A stretch of DNA of 64,000 nt from Octopus sinensis (Eukaryota), in contig NC_042998.1 of NCBI RefSeq assembly GCF_006345805.1, forward strand, positions 82,088,001 to 82,152,000, given 5' to 3'. Below, one piece after another: positions 51,994 to 64,000 of this stretch; the first letter of the stretch is position 1, and the number at the start of each line of letters is the position of its first letter. The translations under genes were made by a program, and so were the position numbers. The notes under the pieces were generated by a model. The model saw only the letters and a list, made by a program, of their open reading frames with translations. It made no database searches and was not told the DNA's origin.

Positions 51994-52844
51994 AACAAAC
52001 ACATACACACATATCTACATCGTTTTCCTTGCCCTGACTTCCTCTATACGTCAGCATGGAAGGAAACCGATCTAAAATGTTGATGTTTTATATATATATG
52101 TGTATGGGTGTGAGTGTGTATTTATACACACAGACATACCCACAGACACACATACACGCACACATATATCCTCTGCATATATATATTTAAATGTACATAT
52201 ATATCCGATGTATACACCTGCATACTGTGTATATATAAGAATATATATAAAGAATATATATAAAGTACCAAACTTCCTTCCAGAGCTATTGGCTCTTAAT
52301 ACCGGGTTCCCTGGTTCTGTGGGGTTCATATTTTCCGAACCTGTACAGAAGTGGAGAATGGGTACATTTTTACCTGCTGAGAGAACCGGAGGAATGTAAA
52401 AAGAAGTGTTTTACTCAGAACGTTTACCTTGATCGCTCGGTTTCCTAGGCCTGTCAGACACCATAGCTTCACCAGTGACGCGGTCCAAGAGAATTTCTTT
52501 CCTAAGACATCTGGTGTCGCTTAAATGCCGATCTCATGTCCTAATAACACCATGCCATCGGCTTGAACAATAGCAGCCAATTTTGCAGTAGCAACATTGG
52601 ACTTCCTGTATTTTTCTATTCGGTAATCCGTTAGAATCTTACAAAATTCTAAGTCGCATAGAACCGAAGAAAATTGTTTGAAATAGCAATATATGTAGCA
52701 CCAAATAAACGTGTTGAGTAAACTTTTCTTTCGTTTCTCCACTCACTCCTATGTGTGTATGTATGCGTGCGTGTGTGTATGTGTGTGTGTGTGTATGTGG
52801 GTATGTATGTCCGTCTGTCTATCCGTTTGTCTGCGTTTGTGTCC

Positions 52845-54275
52845 GTCCTTCTCTAATCCCCTTTTTCTCCCTTTCCCTTTTCGCCCGTTTTCAGTCTCTC
52901 TCCCTCTTTCTATTTTTCTCTCTGTCGTTTCTCCCACATGACCATCGTCCATCATTCTTTTCCTTTACAGTTCAAAGGACTGGACGCTTTATTTCTCTCT
53001 CTTCTATCTTTTCTCTTTTCAAACAAGATATTTCTTCCAGTGTTCTCTATGTTCCCCTTGTTCTGGTCTAACGACGGTTTTCTTGTAAGCACGAACACAA
53101 AAAATTTCTCTAAGTATTATCTTCCTTTCAACTTCTATTTCCTTTTCTTTCTCTTAACAGTTACAACAACCAAGGGTTATTACGTCATTTTCTATAAACC
53201 CGAATGTATACTTTCTACGTTCATATTTGAATTTTTTGCGTTTCAATAATATTTTTACTCATTCTGGAATTTGATGGACATATAGCGGTACGTATGCCGA
53301 CACAGCAACTCTCTACTGAGACTTTTTATTGATGTACACGAAGATACACAGAACGGATCGAAACATCTGTTGTAGCCAATAAGATCTATTTTACATTCCA
53401 TCTGTTTTATCAATACCTATTTCTTTATTACCCACAAGGGGCTAAACACAGAGGGGACAAACATGGACAGACATAGGTATTAAGTCGATTATATCGACCC
53501 CAGTGCGTAAATGGTACTTAATTTATCGACCCCGAAAGGACGAAAGGCAAAGTCGACCTCGGCGGAATTTGAACTCACAACGTAACGCAGACGAAATACC
53601 GCTAAGCATTTCGCCCGGCGTGCTAACGTTTCTGCCAGCTCGCCGCCTTCTGTTTTATCAATACCGTTACCCACACCGCCACTACGAAGTTCCTGCAACG
53701 AATCTACGAATTACAACATGTAATTGAAACTGTGCCGGTACATTAGGCATCTATTTATGCATTTTGTATATTTTCTCCATGATATATATATCAACTGTGT
53801 AAGCAACGTTAAAAACGAAAACAAACGAATTAAATAGGACACGTAAACACACAGAACGACCCGTAATCAGTTTTCGGCTGTCTATCTACTCCTCATTTCG
53901 AAAGTTCAACGACAATATGAGTCTTCAAATAGAGTTGCTCCCGAAAATTCAGAAATAAATTTAGGATTTATGGAGGATCAAAGCTGGTAACAAAAACAGG
54001 ACAGTGGAGATATACAAGGAAACCGTCGTTAGACCAGAACAAGAGGAAAATAGTGATCACTGCAAGAAATATTTTCTTTGAAAAGAGAAAAGATAGAAGA
54101 GAGGGAAAGAAAGCGTCCAGTCCTTTGAACGTCTGTGAAGGGGAGGATCGGACTTTGGCCACGTATGAGAAATGACAGAGAAATAAAGAGAAAGAGGGAG
54201 AGAGAGAGAGAGACAGAAAACGGGGAAGGAGGGAAAGGGAGAAAAAAAGGAATTAGAGAAGGACGGAGGAAGACC
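52845..54275. repeat. Inverted repeat pair (~240 bp arms: 52845-53085 and 54012-54275); the spacer contains a family A SINE (53420-53650, minus)
   Basis: ttcaaaggactggacgcttt and ttgttctggtctaacgacggttt occur on opposite strands. The spurious ORFs FKGLDA..WSNDGFLV appear in both arms. Confidence 0.88.
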
Positions 54276-54469
54276 ACTGTATTGATTAGTGCCGCATCAA
54301 AAATGTTAATATAAACTTACTTGGAAATGTATGTGTGGCGTTATATATATCTCCCACGCACTTTTAGCTGTTCCCTCAACCCTTTTATCAACCCTATTAT
54401 CTCCCCAATCTCCCCTTATTTCGCTCTCGCGTCTCAATGTTTTGATCTTTGACCTCTGGCCGAAATCAG

Positions 54470-54653
54470 ATCGCCATGTTGATTCTTTAGCTACTGCACG
54501 CATTTTTTTTCTTCCTTCTTCTGGGGTTTTTCTCTCTCTGTGTATCTTTCTTGTTGAAGAGCGTAGGCTCGAAACGTTAAGGACTTGTTTATTTATATGT
54601 TTCCTGAGCGCCATACTAATACAATTGTTCGTTTGGTTATATTTATATAAATC

Positions 54654-54685
<32 letters not shown>

Positions 54686-55506
54686 TATATATATATAATA
54701 TAGATTATTTAACAATTAAGGATAACTTCGAAATTTTTCTCTTATGATAGGTTTTTTACACCTATATGACCTGATATTATTCTTATTATATATTTCCTTA
54801 TTAAGAAGTTATCCTTAATATGTATAAATAATTTATTCCGAAAAAACCTTTCCTATCCAATGCAATGCGAAGAACCCGCCATTTACCGATGTATTATATA
54901 TAAACATCCCCATTGCTTCGTTGGAGATAGAGCAGTTGGCTTTCGGCTTTGGCGGTACAGGGTCGTTTTATTTATGATATGTTCAGAATCAGTCTTTGCT
55001 GATGAGTACGGATCGCAACTCTGCGTGTAAGCGTACGGGAATATATCACCGGTGATACAAGACAAATTCATTTTTTTGAATGTCTTGCTTTGAAATTGCT
55101 TGTATATTATTATAAAAGTTTTGGTAGAAATGGACTAAGCGTGAGGCATGTATGTATAAATCATGCCCTCTATAATATCAATAAATATATATATATATAT
55201 ATATATAATATATATAAATGGTAATTTATGTTTTTTTTTTAAAAAAATGTATATAGCAAATTAAACTCTTGTATTGGCATGCATTTCCTTTTTTATTTTC
55301 TTATACATATTACAACTCACCGTAACTTAGCGGTTCGGCAAAAGAGACCGAAAGAATAAGTACTAGGCTTACAAAGAATAAGTCCAGATGTCGATTTGCT
55401 CGACTAAAGGTGGTGCTCCGGCATGGCCGTGGTCAAATGAACTGACACAATTCAAAAATTATTATATTCATTGAATTTCTCCATTTTCTTAATAATAATA
55501 ATAATA

Positions 55507-55549
<43 letters not shown>

Positions 55550-55595
55550 ATTATTAAGATTCAATGATATAAATATAAAAATATCTATATATATA

Positions 55596-55641
<46 letters not shown>

Positions 55642-55850
55642 TATAACGGGAAGCTCTAAGAAAGAAACAAAAGACGAAGGCGGTGGATACAAACAAATAA
55701 TTGTATTAGTATAGCGCTCAGGAATAGAAATAAAACAAGTCTTTTACGTTTCGAGCCTACGCTCTTCAACAGAAAGATACACAGAAAAGAAACACGGAGA
55801 GAAACAAGGAGAGAAAAAAAATGCATGCTGGAGCTAACGATTCAACATGG

Positions 55851-55855
<5 letters not shown>
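54470..55855. repeat. Inverted repeat pair (~170 bp arms: 54470-54640 and 55685-55855), Penelope pseudo-LTR-like, each with a hammerhead motif
   Basis: gttgaagagcgtaggctcgaaacgt (54553-54577) and its reverse complement (55746-55770). The flanks cgccatgttga and ttcctgagcg also match. Confidence 0.9.
55739..55780 (-). ncRNA. Minimal type I hammerhead-ribozyme-like fold
   Basis: TCTTT-CTGTTGA-A-GAGC-gtag-GCTC-GAAACGT-A-AAAGA: 5-bp stem I, 4-bp stem II, palindromic ACGT stem III and a GUA site. The core deviates at position 6 (U for A). Confidence 0.55.
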
Positions 55856-55887
<32 letters not shown>

Positions 55888-56093
55888 ATATATATATATA
55901 TATATATACACACTTTGAGTTTGGTAGATGTATTCAGCAAAAGTTTAGATTCAGATGAATATGGTACATAAGTTGAGGCACCAGAATTTAGTACGGTATT
56001 ATCCATACAATTTCAAAGTAAGGTAGGTGATTAAAATCAAAATAAGCAACAAGGATATCCAGAGGTAATGTTTATTTTGTAATGTTGCTTATT

Positions 56094-56162
<69 letters not shown>

Positions 56163-56394
56163 GCGATATCTGTCTACAAGTTAAGTGTTAAATAATATTG
56201 TTTATCACCAAGAGAACCTTCAGGAAAACCTTTTAACCAGAGTCATTTTAATCATGCAATAGCATTTTATATGGAAATGTGTCAACTTTGTTTGTTCAAG
56301 ATATTTGGTTGAATGTTCTTTGTGTCAAGGTAACTGGAAGCATTAAGGCATAGCTTTTGTTTAAGTTTTACGAGCAAATAAAATGGATAGTGCG

Positions 56395-56870
56395 CTAATT
56401 CGAAATTTGGTATCGATATAATAGCAGAGTTCTAGCACCAGTTCTCGCTAGCAGTGAGACATAGAAAAGCACAATGAAAATTGACAGAACGCGAGATGTG
56501 CTTCTCGAAAGATACTTGAGATGTATTTTGAGAATATACTGCCATGGCCATATTCTAAATGAAGATATCCTAAAGAGAGTCGATAAGAAACCACTTAGCA
56601 AAATCATCACAGAACGAAGATTAGAACCAGCAGACCACATACTTCAACTAGCAGAACAATTCCATTCTTAAACAACTTTTAGATGGAGGTCACCGAAGGG
56701 AGAAAGAGAAGACCTAAAGTTACGTAGTACAGGACATTCATAACTGAGCTGAGAAAGGCTGATATCGCATTGCGGGATACTGAGAAAACCGCAACCAACA
56801 CAAACTGGTAATGTCAGTTTACTGCCCAATGTGCTCGAGGGCACTGGAGGAACTGATAGCAGCAATGAGA
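56395..56870 (+). mobile_element. Decayed RTE-type LINE 3' coding fragment
   Basis: YNSRVLAPVLASSET*KST ... RYLRCILRI ... ILNEDIL ... IITERRLEPADHIL ... RRRPKVT. Confidence 0.7.
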
Positions 56871-57849
56871 ATCGAGTCATCAACGGACTGCACGGTGAAA
56901 TGGCTCAACATCAATAGATCTAGCTTCCAATGTAGTCAATATATTCTCAGCATGCTATTTCTAAATCACAACATTGACAGCTGAGAAGCAAATTATCAGG
57001 TTATTGCCATTTTATTGATAACTCTGTTTCTTAAAAATAGGTATGCTAATATATGAAAATATAAATTTTTGTGTTTACTTGTATACTTGTGAGGAAGAAT
57101 TAGATTTAGTCACAAACTATCTATATCTTAATCAATCATGTGTCTTTGATTTTCGTGTTCCAGCAATGTGTAGGAAGAACTACAATTAAATTTATACGTT
57201 GTATAGATGTCTACGTGCTTATACGTGCGTCGGTGCACACCAGTGGCATATAAATTAGAAAATATATAAGTTGATAACTCACACGTCTCATAAATTTTTT
57301 CCTATCAATTGCAAAATACGTTTTATACAAACACAAGATACACAAACACACACACATACAGAGAGTGAGAGAAAGAGAGAGAGAGAGAGACGCACGCACA
57401 CACAAACACACACACACAAACACACACACACATACATACAAGTATATTTACGAAATATGATACATATATGTACCTATAACGTATGTAAATGTATATGGAG
57501 ATTTGTATATACGTATATAGACAAAAACAAACACATACAAAGGTAAGTTTGAAAAGATTGCAATCACGTCGTAAAGGGTTCGAAGTCAGTGAAATCTGAA
57601 GGCTTCAGATTTCATTACGTTTGGCTGACACTATACTTGTAATACATCTTTGCTACAAACTGTGTGACGATGATTCTACCGGAGAATTAATTTAAGGAAC
57701 GTGACATGTTCGACAAGTAAGGCGATATTTCAGACCTGTAGATTCATTTGGTCTTACAACAGAATTCATGTTGAGACTGTAAGAGATCCACCCACAGATG
57801 CACAGGCACACGCATACACGCATGCGCACACATTTTGACAGTCAGTAAG

Positions 57850-57945
57850 ACAGACAGACAGATAGATAGATAAATGGATAGATAAATGGATATATATATA
57901 TATATATATATAGATATATAGATAGATAGATAGATAGATAGATAG

Positions 57946-57980
<35 letters not shown>

Positions 57981-57981
57981 G

Positions 57982-58036
<55 letters not shown>

Positions 58037-58070
58037 CGGATGGATGGATGGATGGATAGAGAGATAGATA
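57850..58070. repeat. (GATA)n/(GGAT)n compound microsatellite
   Basis: Directly visible. It abuts the 3' end of the Tx1 fragment. Confidence 0.95.
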
Positions 58071-58071
58071 A

Positions 58072-58832
58072 CTCTCTTTATTGGTCACACAGGTCTGAAC
58101 ACAGAGGGGACAAATACAAATGTGGAGCTTTTCTTTAAGGAAATGACAAAAACCGGGGTGGGGAATAAGGAAAAAAATTCCGATCAAAAGGATCGGGAAA
58201 AAAACGATCAAAAGGGATCGTGTATCACAGAAGAATTTTAAAAATGTAAAACGTAAGATTGGGTTTATCCGTTGAAAAAAAGCCTACGGAAAAAACCACG
58301 GTAACCTCAACTTGAGAGGAAATAAACACACGAGAGCTAAGTGCTCTCTCTCTCTCTCTCTCTTCAATTTACAGGATCATGCTCAAAGTGGTTCCGTCAC
58401 TCACACGCACCATCTTTGCTACATTCACCCACCTTCTTTTGAAGCTTTCACGAGACCAAACTTACCTCTCCATTTTCACCCTCCTCTTCAAGTGGTACTT
58501 GAAAAAGTTGACCAGCGATTGGCCAAGTAGTTAAGTGTTTGTGTGTAATCCTTTCGCTCGAGTCCACCACACACATTCTTTCACATGACCACCAGCACAA
58601 TGAAGACTGCCTTGCATTCCCGGTTGAGGGAATGTGGCGGAGAAAGCACACCGAGAGACACGGCCGACAGGCGGACTCGTCCAACACTCGACAGAAGCCG
58701 CTCGGCATAAGCCCATGGGTCCCAAATGGTTGAACATTGCACGTGAGCGTGCAGAACGATTTCGTCGCTCTGACAGCATCTCGGGCAAGTCGGTCCGGTG
58801 TGTCTCAAACCGTGCCCGTAGAGCTTATTTCG
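58072..58832 (-). mobile_element. 5'-truncated Tx1/L1-clade LINE: ORF2 C-terminal zinc finger and 3' UTR
   Basis: KLYGHGLRHTGPTCPRCCQSDEIVLHAHVQC ... VKECVWWTR ... FFKYHLKRRVKMER. The 3' UTR ends accaataaagagag and runs into (TATC)n. Confidence 0.8.
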
Positions 58833-59498
58833 TAATCATTGGTAGACACAGGCATTCGACCATTCCGCACTTGATACAGCGCACCAGCTACATTCTGACT
58901 GCTTACGAGAGATTTTGTTGCACAATTTCTGAGCTCATCTTTATTTCATAGTTTCTAAGCGGACAGATGCAAGGGCACCCACGTTGGTATTTCAACTCAT
59001 AGAGAATTTATTATAATGCACTTCAGCGAATAATTCAATGATACTAACAATTGAGTCACGCAGTACAGACGCACGCTCATACACAATTGAAGGAACTTAC
59101 TCTGCTTGTAGTAAATATTCAAGACAAGCGAAAGCATAGGCTGATTAGTCATAAAATATGTCCAGTGAAAGTATATGTATTACAGTATCTTCGCAGAATT
59201 CAACAAAGAGTGTAAAATTTCTACTTAACAACAGATTCCTGTGAATTGAAGGGAAGAATTAAGCTGACTTTAGATATTTCTCGGAAATCAATGTAAATCA
59301 TTCGTGTGCTCTTTTCGAATTCTATAAGGATATATATCCGTTTTAAAATCAAATATGCATAAGCATGGTAATAACTACTCTACGTTATGGGCACACGGGT
59401 CACTATAAAATAACATTATTCAGAATACAGTATAGATGCACAAAAACACTTGAGCTATCAACGAAAAGATTCTCTCGCAATATACATGTATATATATA

Positions 59499-60416
59499 CG
59501 AGGCAGTATCAAAAGGTTCGCGGACTAGTTATGTTTAACAAAAAATAACCTATTTACCTAAGTTTTAACATCATCTCCTTCGAAAGAGACACTTTGCGCA
59601 GTAATACACCGGTCCCAACTTGCCCGTCATTTTTAGAATCCGGTCTGAATATTGTTTTCTATAAGTGGGCCTTCTGCGATTTTTCTGTGGATGTCGACAA
59701 CGGTGTTAAAACGGCAATCTCTGGCCTGCATTTTCATCTTGAGGAAGAAACAGAAGTCCGCAGATGCTAAATCTGGTGAATAGGGCGGGTGGGAAATGAT
59801 AGCATGTTGCTTTTGGCGAGAAACTCACGAGCAAGGAGACCTCGGTTACACGATGCATTTTCATTGTGAAGAATTCAAGGCTTCGTGCTCCATTCATCCG
59901 GTCGATGTCGACGAATATCCTCACAAATGGTTGAAAACGTTGCTGTAGAACTCTAAAACTCTCGATTGATGGTCTGGCCCTGGGGAACGAATTCTCGATG
60001 TATATTTCCAAATTTCTGGGGGCAACACTAGTGGAAGGACTTCCAGATCGCTCATCATCTTCCAGGCAGCTTCTGCCGCTTTTAAAGCGGCCATGTCACG
60101 TGAAACATTGCGCACGACATATTGCTTCGATCCCGTAAGCTATCCGAACTAAGCTTAATGTCTCAGTAGCAGACTTTCCAAGTTTAATGCAAAATTCTCC
60201 TTTAGCTCTTTGTTCCTGTTCATGACAAAATCGCGGACAAGAGCATAGACATGATCACAAAAGACCAATTTCAGAACTTGCGAAGTAAACACAGCGATGT
60301 CACTCGGCACACTGCCTCATGAAAGTCACTGCTAGCTGTCACTGTACACGCAACCTTTTCTTGCCATCTGTGTGGGGGCCACAGAACTAGTCCTAGAAGG
60401 TTTACATACCAACCGG
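59499..60416 (-). mobile_element. Internally deleted, decayed mariner
   Basis: TA plus cgaggcagtatcaaaaggttcgcggactagtt at the left and a degenerate partner aactagtcc... at 60385-60416. It encodes EQRAKGEFCIKLGKSATET..DDERSG and HPPYSPDLASADF. Confidence 0.85.
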
Positions 60417-60624
60417 TTGTGTGTATATATATATATGGGGGATTGTTTGTATATATATATATATATATATATACGGGCAAAGCAACGAACATAGGAGGGA
60501 CAGGCTTACCTTGCGTGGAATACATAAGTAAGGAATGTATATTTCAATATCAAGTGATTTCACCCTCTGTATGACAAGCATACTCTGGGATCGTCAGCTG
60601 AAAATAACATTTTTAACATCCATT

Positions 60625-60842
60625 TCTGAAACGTTAGCACGCCGGGAGAAATGCGTAGCCGTATTTCGTCTGTCGCTACGTTCTGGGTTCAAATTCCGCC
60701 GAGGTTGACTTTCCCTTTCATCCTTTCGGGGTCGATAAATTAAGTACCAGTTACGCACTGGGGTCAATACAATCGACTTAATCCGTATGTCTTTCCTTGT
60801 TTGTCCCCTCTGTGTTTAGCCCCTTGTGGGTAGTAAAGAAAC
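60625..60842 (+). mobile_element. Family A SINE with the Tx1-like tail
   Basis: Diagnostic body plus tttgtcccctctgtgtttagccccttgtggg. Confidence 0.9.
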
Positions 60843-60844
60843 AG

Positions 60845-61122
60845 ATATATTCATCACATTACCTCACGAGCGTTCTTTACTTCAAACGTCCCCGTGACAT
60901 TTGAAGTAAGTATAAATTTAAATAAAGAAGTATTATTGCCGTTATTGATGATAATAATAACGTGGCTAGCAAGTTTCCACCTTTGCATGCAAAATATTAG
61001 CTAAATTTAGATTCACTAGGTATATAGTGAATAATACTTCTTTATTTAAATTTATACTTGCTTGAAATATCGCGGGGACGTTTGAAGTAAAGAACGCGCG
61101 TGAGGTAATGTGATGAATATAT
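60845..61122. mobile_element. MITE-like element with ~92-bp terminal inverted repeats and an ~92-bp core
   Basis: 60845-60937 versus 61030-61122, about 5 mismatches. The ends are embedded in TA dinucleotides. Confidence 0.85.
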
Positions 61123-61989
61123 ATATATATATTATTGAAAAGTTTGCAAGACGTAACAAAAATTTTAGGAAAATAAAAATAAGAAATAAGTGGAAATTTT
61201 ACCGGTGAGTGTGTTACATTATAAGGCACAAAAAGAAAATGACTCTCCCCAGACACAACAGTATATATATATATATATATATATATAGTTCTAAAATCTA
61301 AAAGATCAATGCAATACTTGTACTGACAAGTAATACTCGTAGCTACTTTACTGTAATTTTTTAACCCCAAGCGGACACCTCCTCTAGATGGTTAACGATG
61401 CACGGCTGCATCCGATAAAATTGCGGGCAGGCTAGCGAACCCCTAACATCTCCTAGCTACGGGACCTGTAGACCAGCCCTGGTTTCAAGATATTTATGCC
61501 ACTCCTCAGTACTGGACACCTCGTCTGCTAGAAATGATAGTAGCTGGCTTCTGCGCGCAATATGAATATTTCAAGCGAACATACAGTTGAAGGCATTTTC
61601 TCTGCTTCTAGTAAATATTCAAGACAACAGAAAGCATAAGTATAATGTGACGACTGAAAGTACATATGTTACAGTATCTTCTCAGAATGAAACGAAAAGT
61701 ATAAAATTTCTACTGAACAGCGGACATCTTGTCGGAATTTAAGAGTAGACCACCGGACAATTAATAAACCGTTAACATTTGGTTTACGTCTGGTTGGCGT
61801 TGAATTACTATAACATGTGTTATCTCACTTGTGTTTAACTTTTTTACAAGCGTCTCTTCTTTCAGCATTATCTCCTCAAATAATCAACTGACAAACGATT
61901 TTGTTTTCAGCTTGATAAAAGGAGGAATAAAGTATCATTGCGGCCATGATACCCTAGGTAGCTATTTGCAAGATATGTTTTTTTTTAAT

Positions 61990-62063
<74 letters not shown>

Positions 62064-62068
62064 TAATA

Positions 62069-62760
62069 CAGGGTGCGGTGAATATACAGTCGCCTAAATT
62101 ACGCAAAACGAAGATAGCTCTGGCATCTAATTTTAACAGATGATATATTTACGAAAGTTACATGAAAATATGCTGAAATACTAAACAGTAACTTGTTCAC
62201 TATAATAGCCATTAGCTTCAACCACGGCCTCCAGATGACTTTGGAATCTCCTGCATCTCTTCTAGACCGTCTCCTTATTTAAATCGGTGAATCCTGCCAT
62301 AATCCTTGGCTTCAGTTCATATTTTCTTTTACGAGGAATTTTGTTGGTTTCTCGCTCAACTGCGCCCCTAACATAATACTCAAGGAGGTTAAGGTCTAGA
62401 GAGTTAGGTGGCTTGATGTTAGGGGTGATGTGGTCGCAAAAATTGTCTGAAACCAATGACTGGGTTCTCCTGCTTGTGTGGCATGGTGCAGAGTGCAGTT
62501 GCCAGACATAGATTCTTCCAGCAGCCACCCTCTTTACTCAGGGGAGTACTACTTCCTCCAGGCACTTCATGTCGGCCTCCTTGTTGAGTTTGAGGCCATG
62601 TGGGAAGACGAATGGAGGCATAGCGTTACTGTCACTAGCGGGGTCACTCCAAAACACCATGATGTTCACTGGATGTTTAATTGTTTCAACATCTCGGTAC
62701 ATGTCCTCAGATTGCACTGTCCACAGATTGACACTCAAACACTCTGAAATGTCCGTATTA
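62069..62760 (-). mobile_element. maT/DD37D-type Tc1-mariner relic (catalytic region and 3' terminus)
   Basis: KHPVNIMVF..PPFVFPHGLKLN..CLEEVVLP and WQLHSAPCHTS..PPNSLDLNLLEYY, with 37 residues between the degenerate second and third catalytic positions. TA plus cagggtg at the terminus. Confidence 0.82.
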
Positions 62761-62816
62761 GAGCTTCTGGCGCGAATGCTAAGCAGGCAAATTTATAACG
62801 TTTTATTATCATCACT

Positions 62817-62850
<34 letters not shown>

Positions 62851-62926
62851 CGCGCGCGTGTGTGTGTGTATGTGTGTGTGTGTGTGTGTGTGGTGTGTGT
62901 GTGTGTGCGCGCGCGCGCGTGTGTGT

Positions 62927-62962
<36 letters not shown>
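62817..62962. repeat. Alternating purine-pyrimidine tract (TG)n(CG)n(TG)n, duplicated
   Basis: Two (CG)n runs inside (TG)n, about 64 bp apart. Confidence 0.95.
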
Positions 62963-62965
<3 letters not shown>

Positions 62966-64000
62966 ATATTCTCTTATTTAAATCTGCCCACTTCGAAGAA
63001 ATTCACCAATTACAAGATGACAGTGCTGTTGCAATATTACAAACTGATTATTAAATGCTTGAAAAAATACAAAAGCAATTATAAGCGTCAACAGTTATTA
63101 ATCTCTGCAGGGAGACCGTAAATTAGCCTAATGCTAATGATCATTAAATATTAAATGCAGCCTTCCTTTTATTTTACGTTGTATCTTAATTTTTTATTTT
63201 TGTGTTTTCATTGTATTTTTTTATTAACAATTACCATTAGATTTTCTCATTAGCATTTACAATGATCTTTGCATAATTGCTTTTCCCCAAAATTACTTGC
63301 CAGTAAAGTAGGGATTATAAAGCAATGTTTTGTCAGCCTTATTACTTCTTGCAAATGTAGTTTCGTGACTTCTGTAGTCTCTTTTGTTCTAAAATATGGA
63401 AACATTTTGTTCTTAGATTTTGAATATTCTACACCTGATAAAAATTCAAAGTTTGCTGAAAAATGTGCGTTTATTTATTATGTCCTCTGATTTTATCATC
63501 ATATATGTCTAATTAAAGCTTCAAAACTGTATCAAAATTAACAATTCAAGAATATAAATTCTGTAATTTAGTGAGTTTCTTTTCGAATTTATATGCTGTA
63601 TTCACATATTTGATCAAGTGCATTTAAATAATACAGTGAAAATATTCTGTTTCGAAACTTGCCACAAAAAAATTAAATATAGAAATAAAACGAGTTACCA
63701 AAACTAACTGAAAGTTAGTATCAGTTCTTGTTAATTAATGGTTTGAAAAGTTGAGACTGGATGAGAACACATTTGAATATAGAAAGAAAAATTATATTTC
63801 CAGTATATGAACATAGGTAATTATAAGTTTATCGCCTAAGTTTGTTAATCATGCATATGTACACACTAAAGATATTTGTCTCTAAAGAAGAACTGAATAC
63901 ACAAATGAGACGTTGTATATTTCATTATTTATAATGGACAAATTTGCAAAAGCCTTAGACTACGGAAGAGGCTCACATCGTATCGAATGCGGTATAAAGA

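Larger units (their letters stand above)
59085..61745. repeat. Diverged direct repeat pair (~165 bp: 59085-59250 and 61585-61745)
   Basis: ctctgctt(g/c)tagtaaatattcaagacaa, ttacagtatctt and taaaatttctact are shared in the same order. Confidence 0.8.

Noticed and set aside
52521-52742. Cadherin-like words (ATAKLAAIV, LLDRVTGE) suggesting a protocadherin remnant
   Set aside because: They lie in different frames and lack the DxNDN, LDRE and DxG calcium-binding motifs.

Overview
This is AT-rich, microsatellite-dense animal genomic DNA. The SINE, LINE and mariner repertoire and the (TA)n/(CA)n/(AAT)n density suggest an octopus (coleoid cephalopod); that assignment is an inference. I could not support any intact host protein-coding gene, rRNA, true tRNA or CRISPR array, so the window reads as intron or intergenic DNA built largely from transposable elements. 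Contents: R4/Dong-clade non-LTR retrotransposons (one near full length, one 5'-truncated copy in tandem, and relics of other families, mostly ending in (TAA)n); a 2.0-kb TSD-bounded Tx1/L1-type element that encodes only ORF1; Penelope-like relics, several with inverted repeats and minimal hammerhead-ribozyme motifs; CR1, RTE and Tx1 fragments; one nearly intact D,D34D mariner plus four other Tc1/mariner relics; MITE/foldback elements; and three tRNA-like SINE families. The most notable observations are: (1) the ORF1-only retroelement inserted in a SINE head with a 15-bp TSD, with a second SINE broken at the same base; (2) a 22-bp minisatellite made from the 5' truncation point of an R4 copy; (3) a minimal hammerhead fold with a variant core inside inverted Penelope-type repeats; (4) SINE 3' tails matching LINE 3' ends in the same window. 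All alignments were done by eye and boundaries of decayed elements are approximate.
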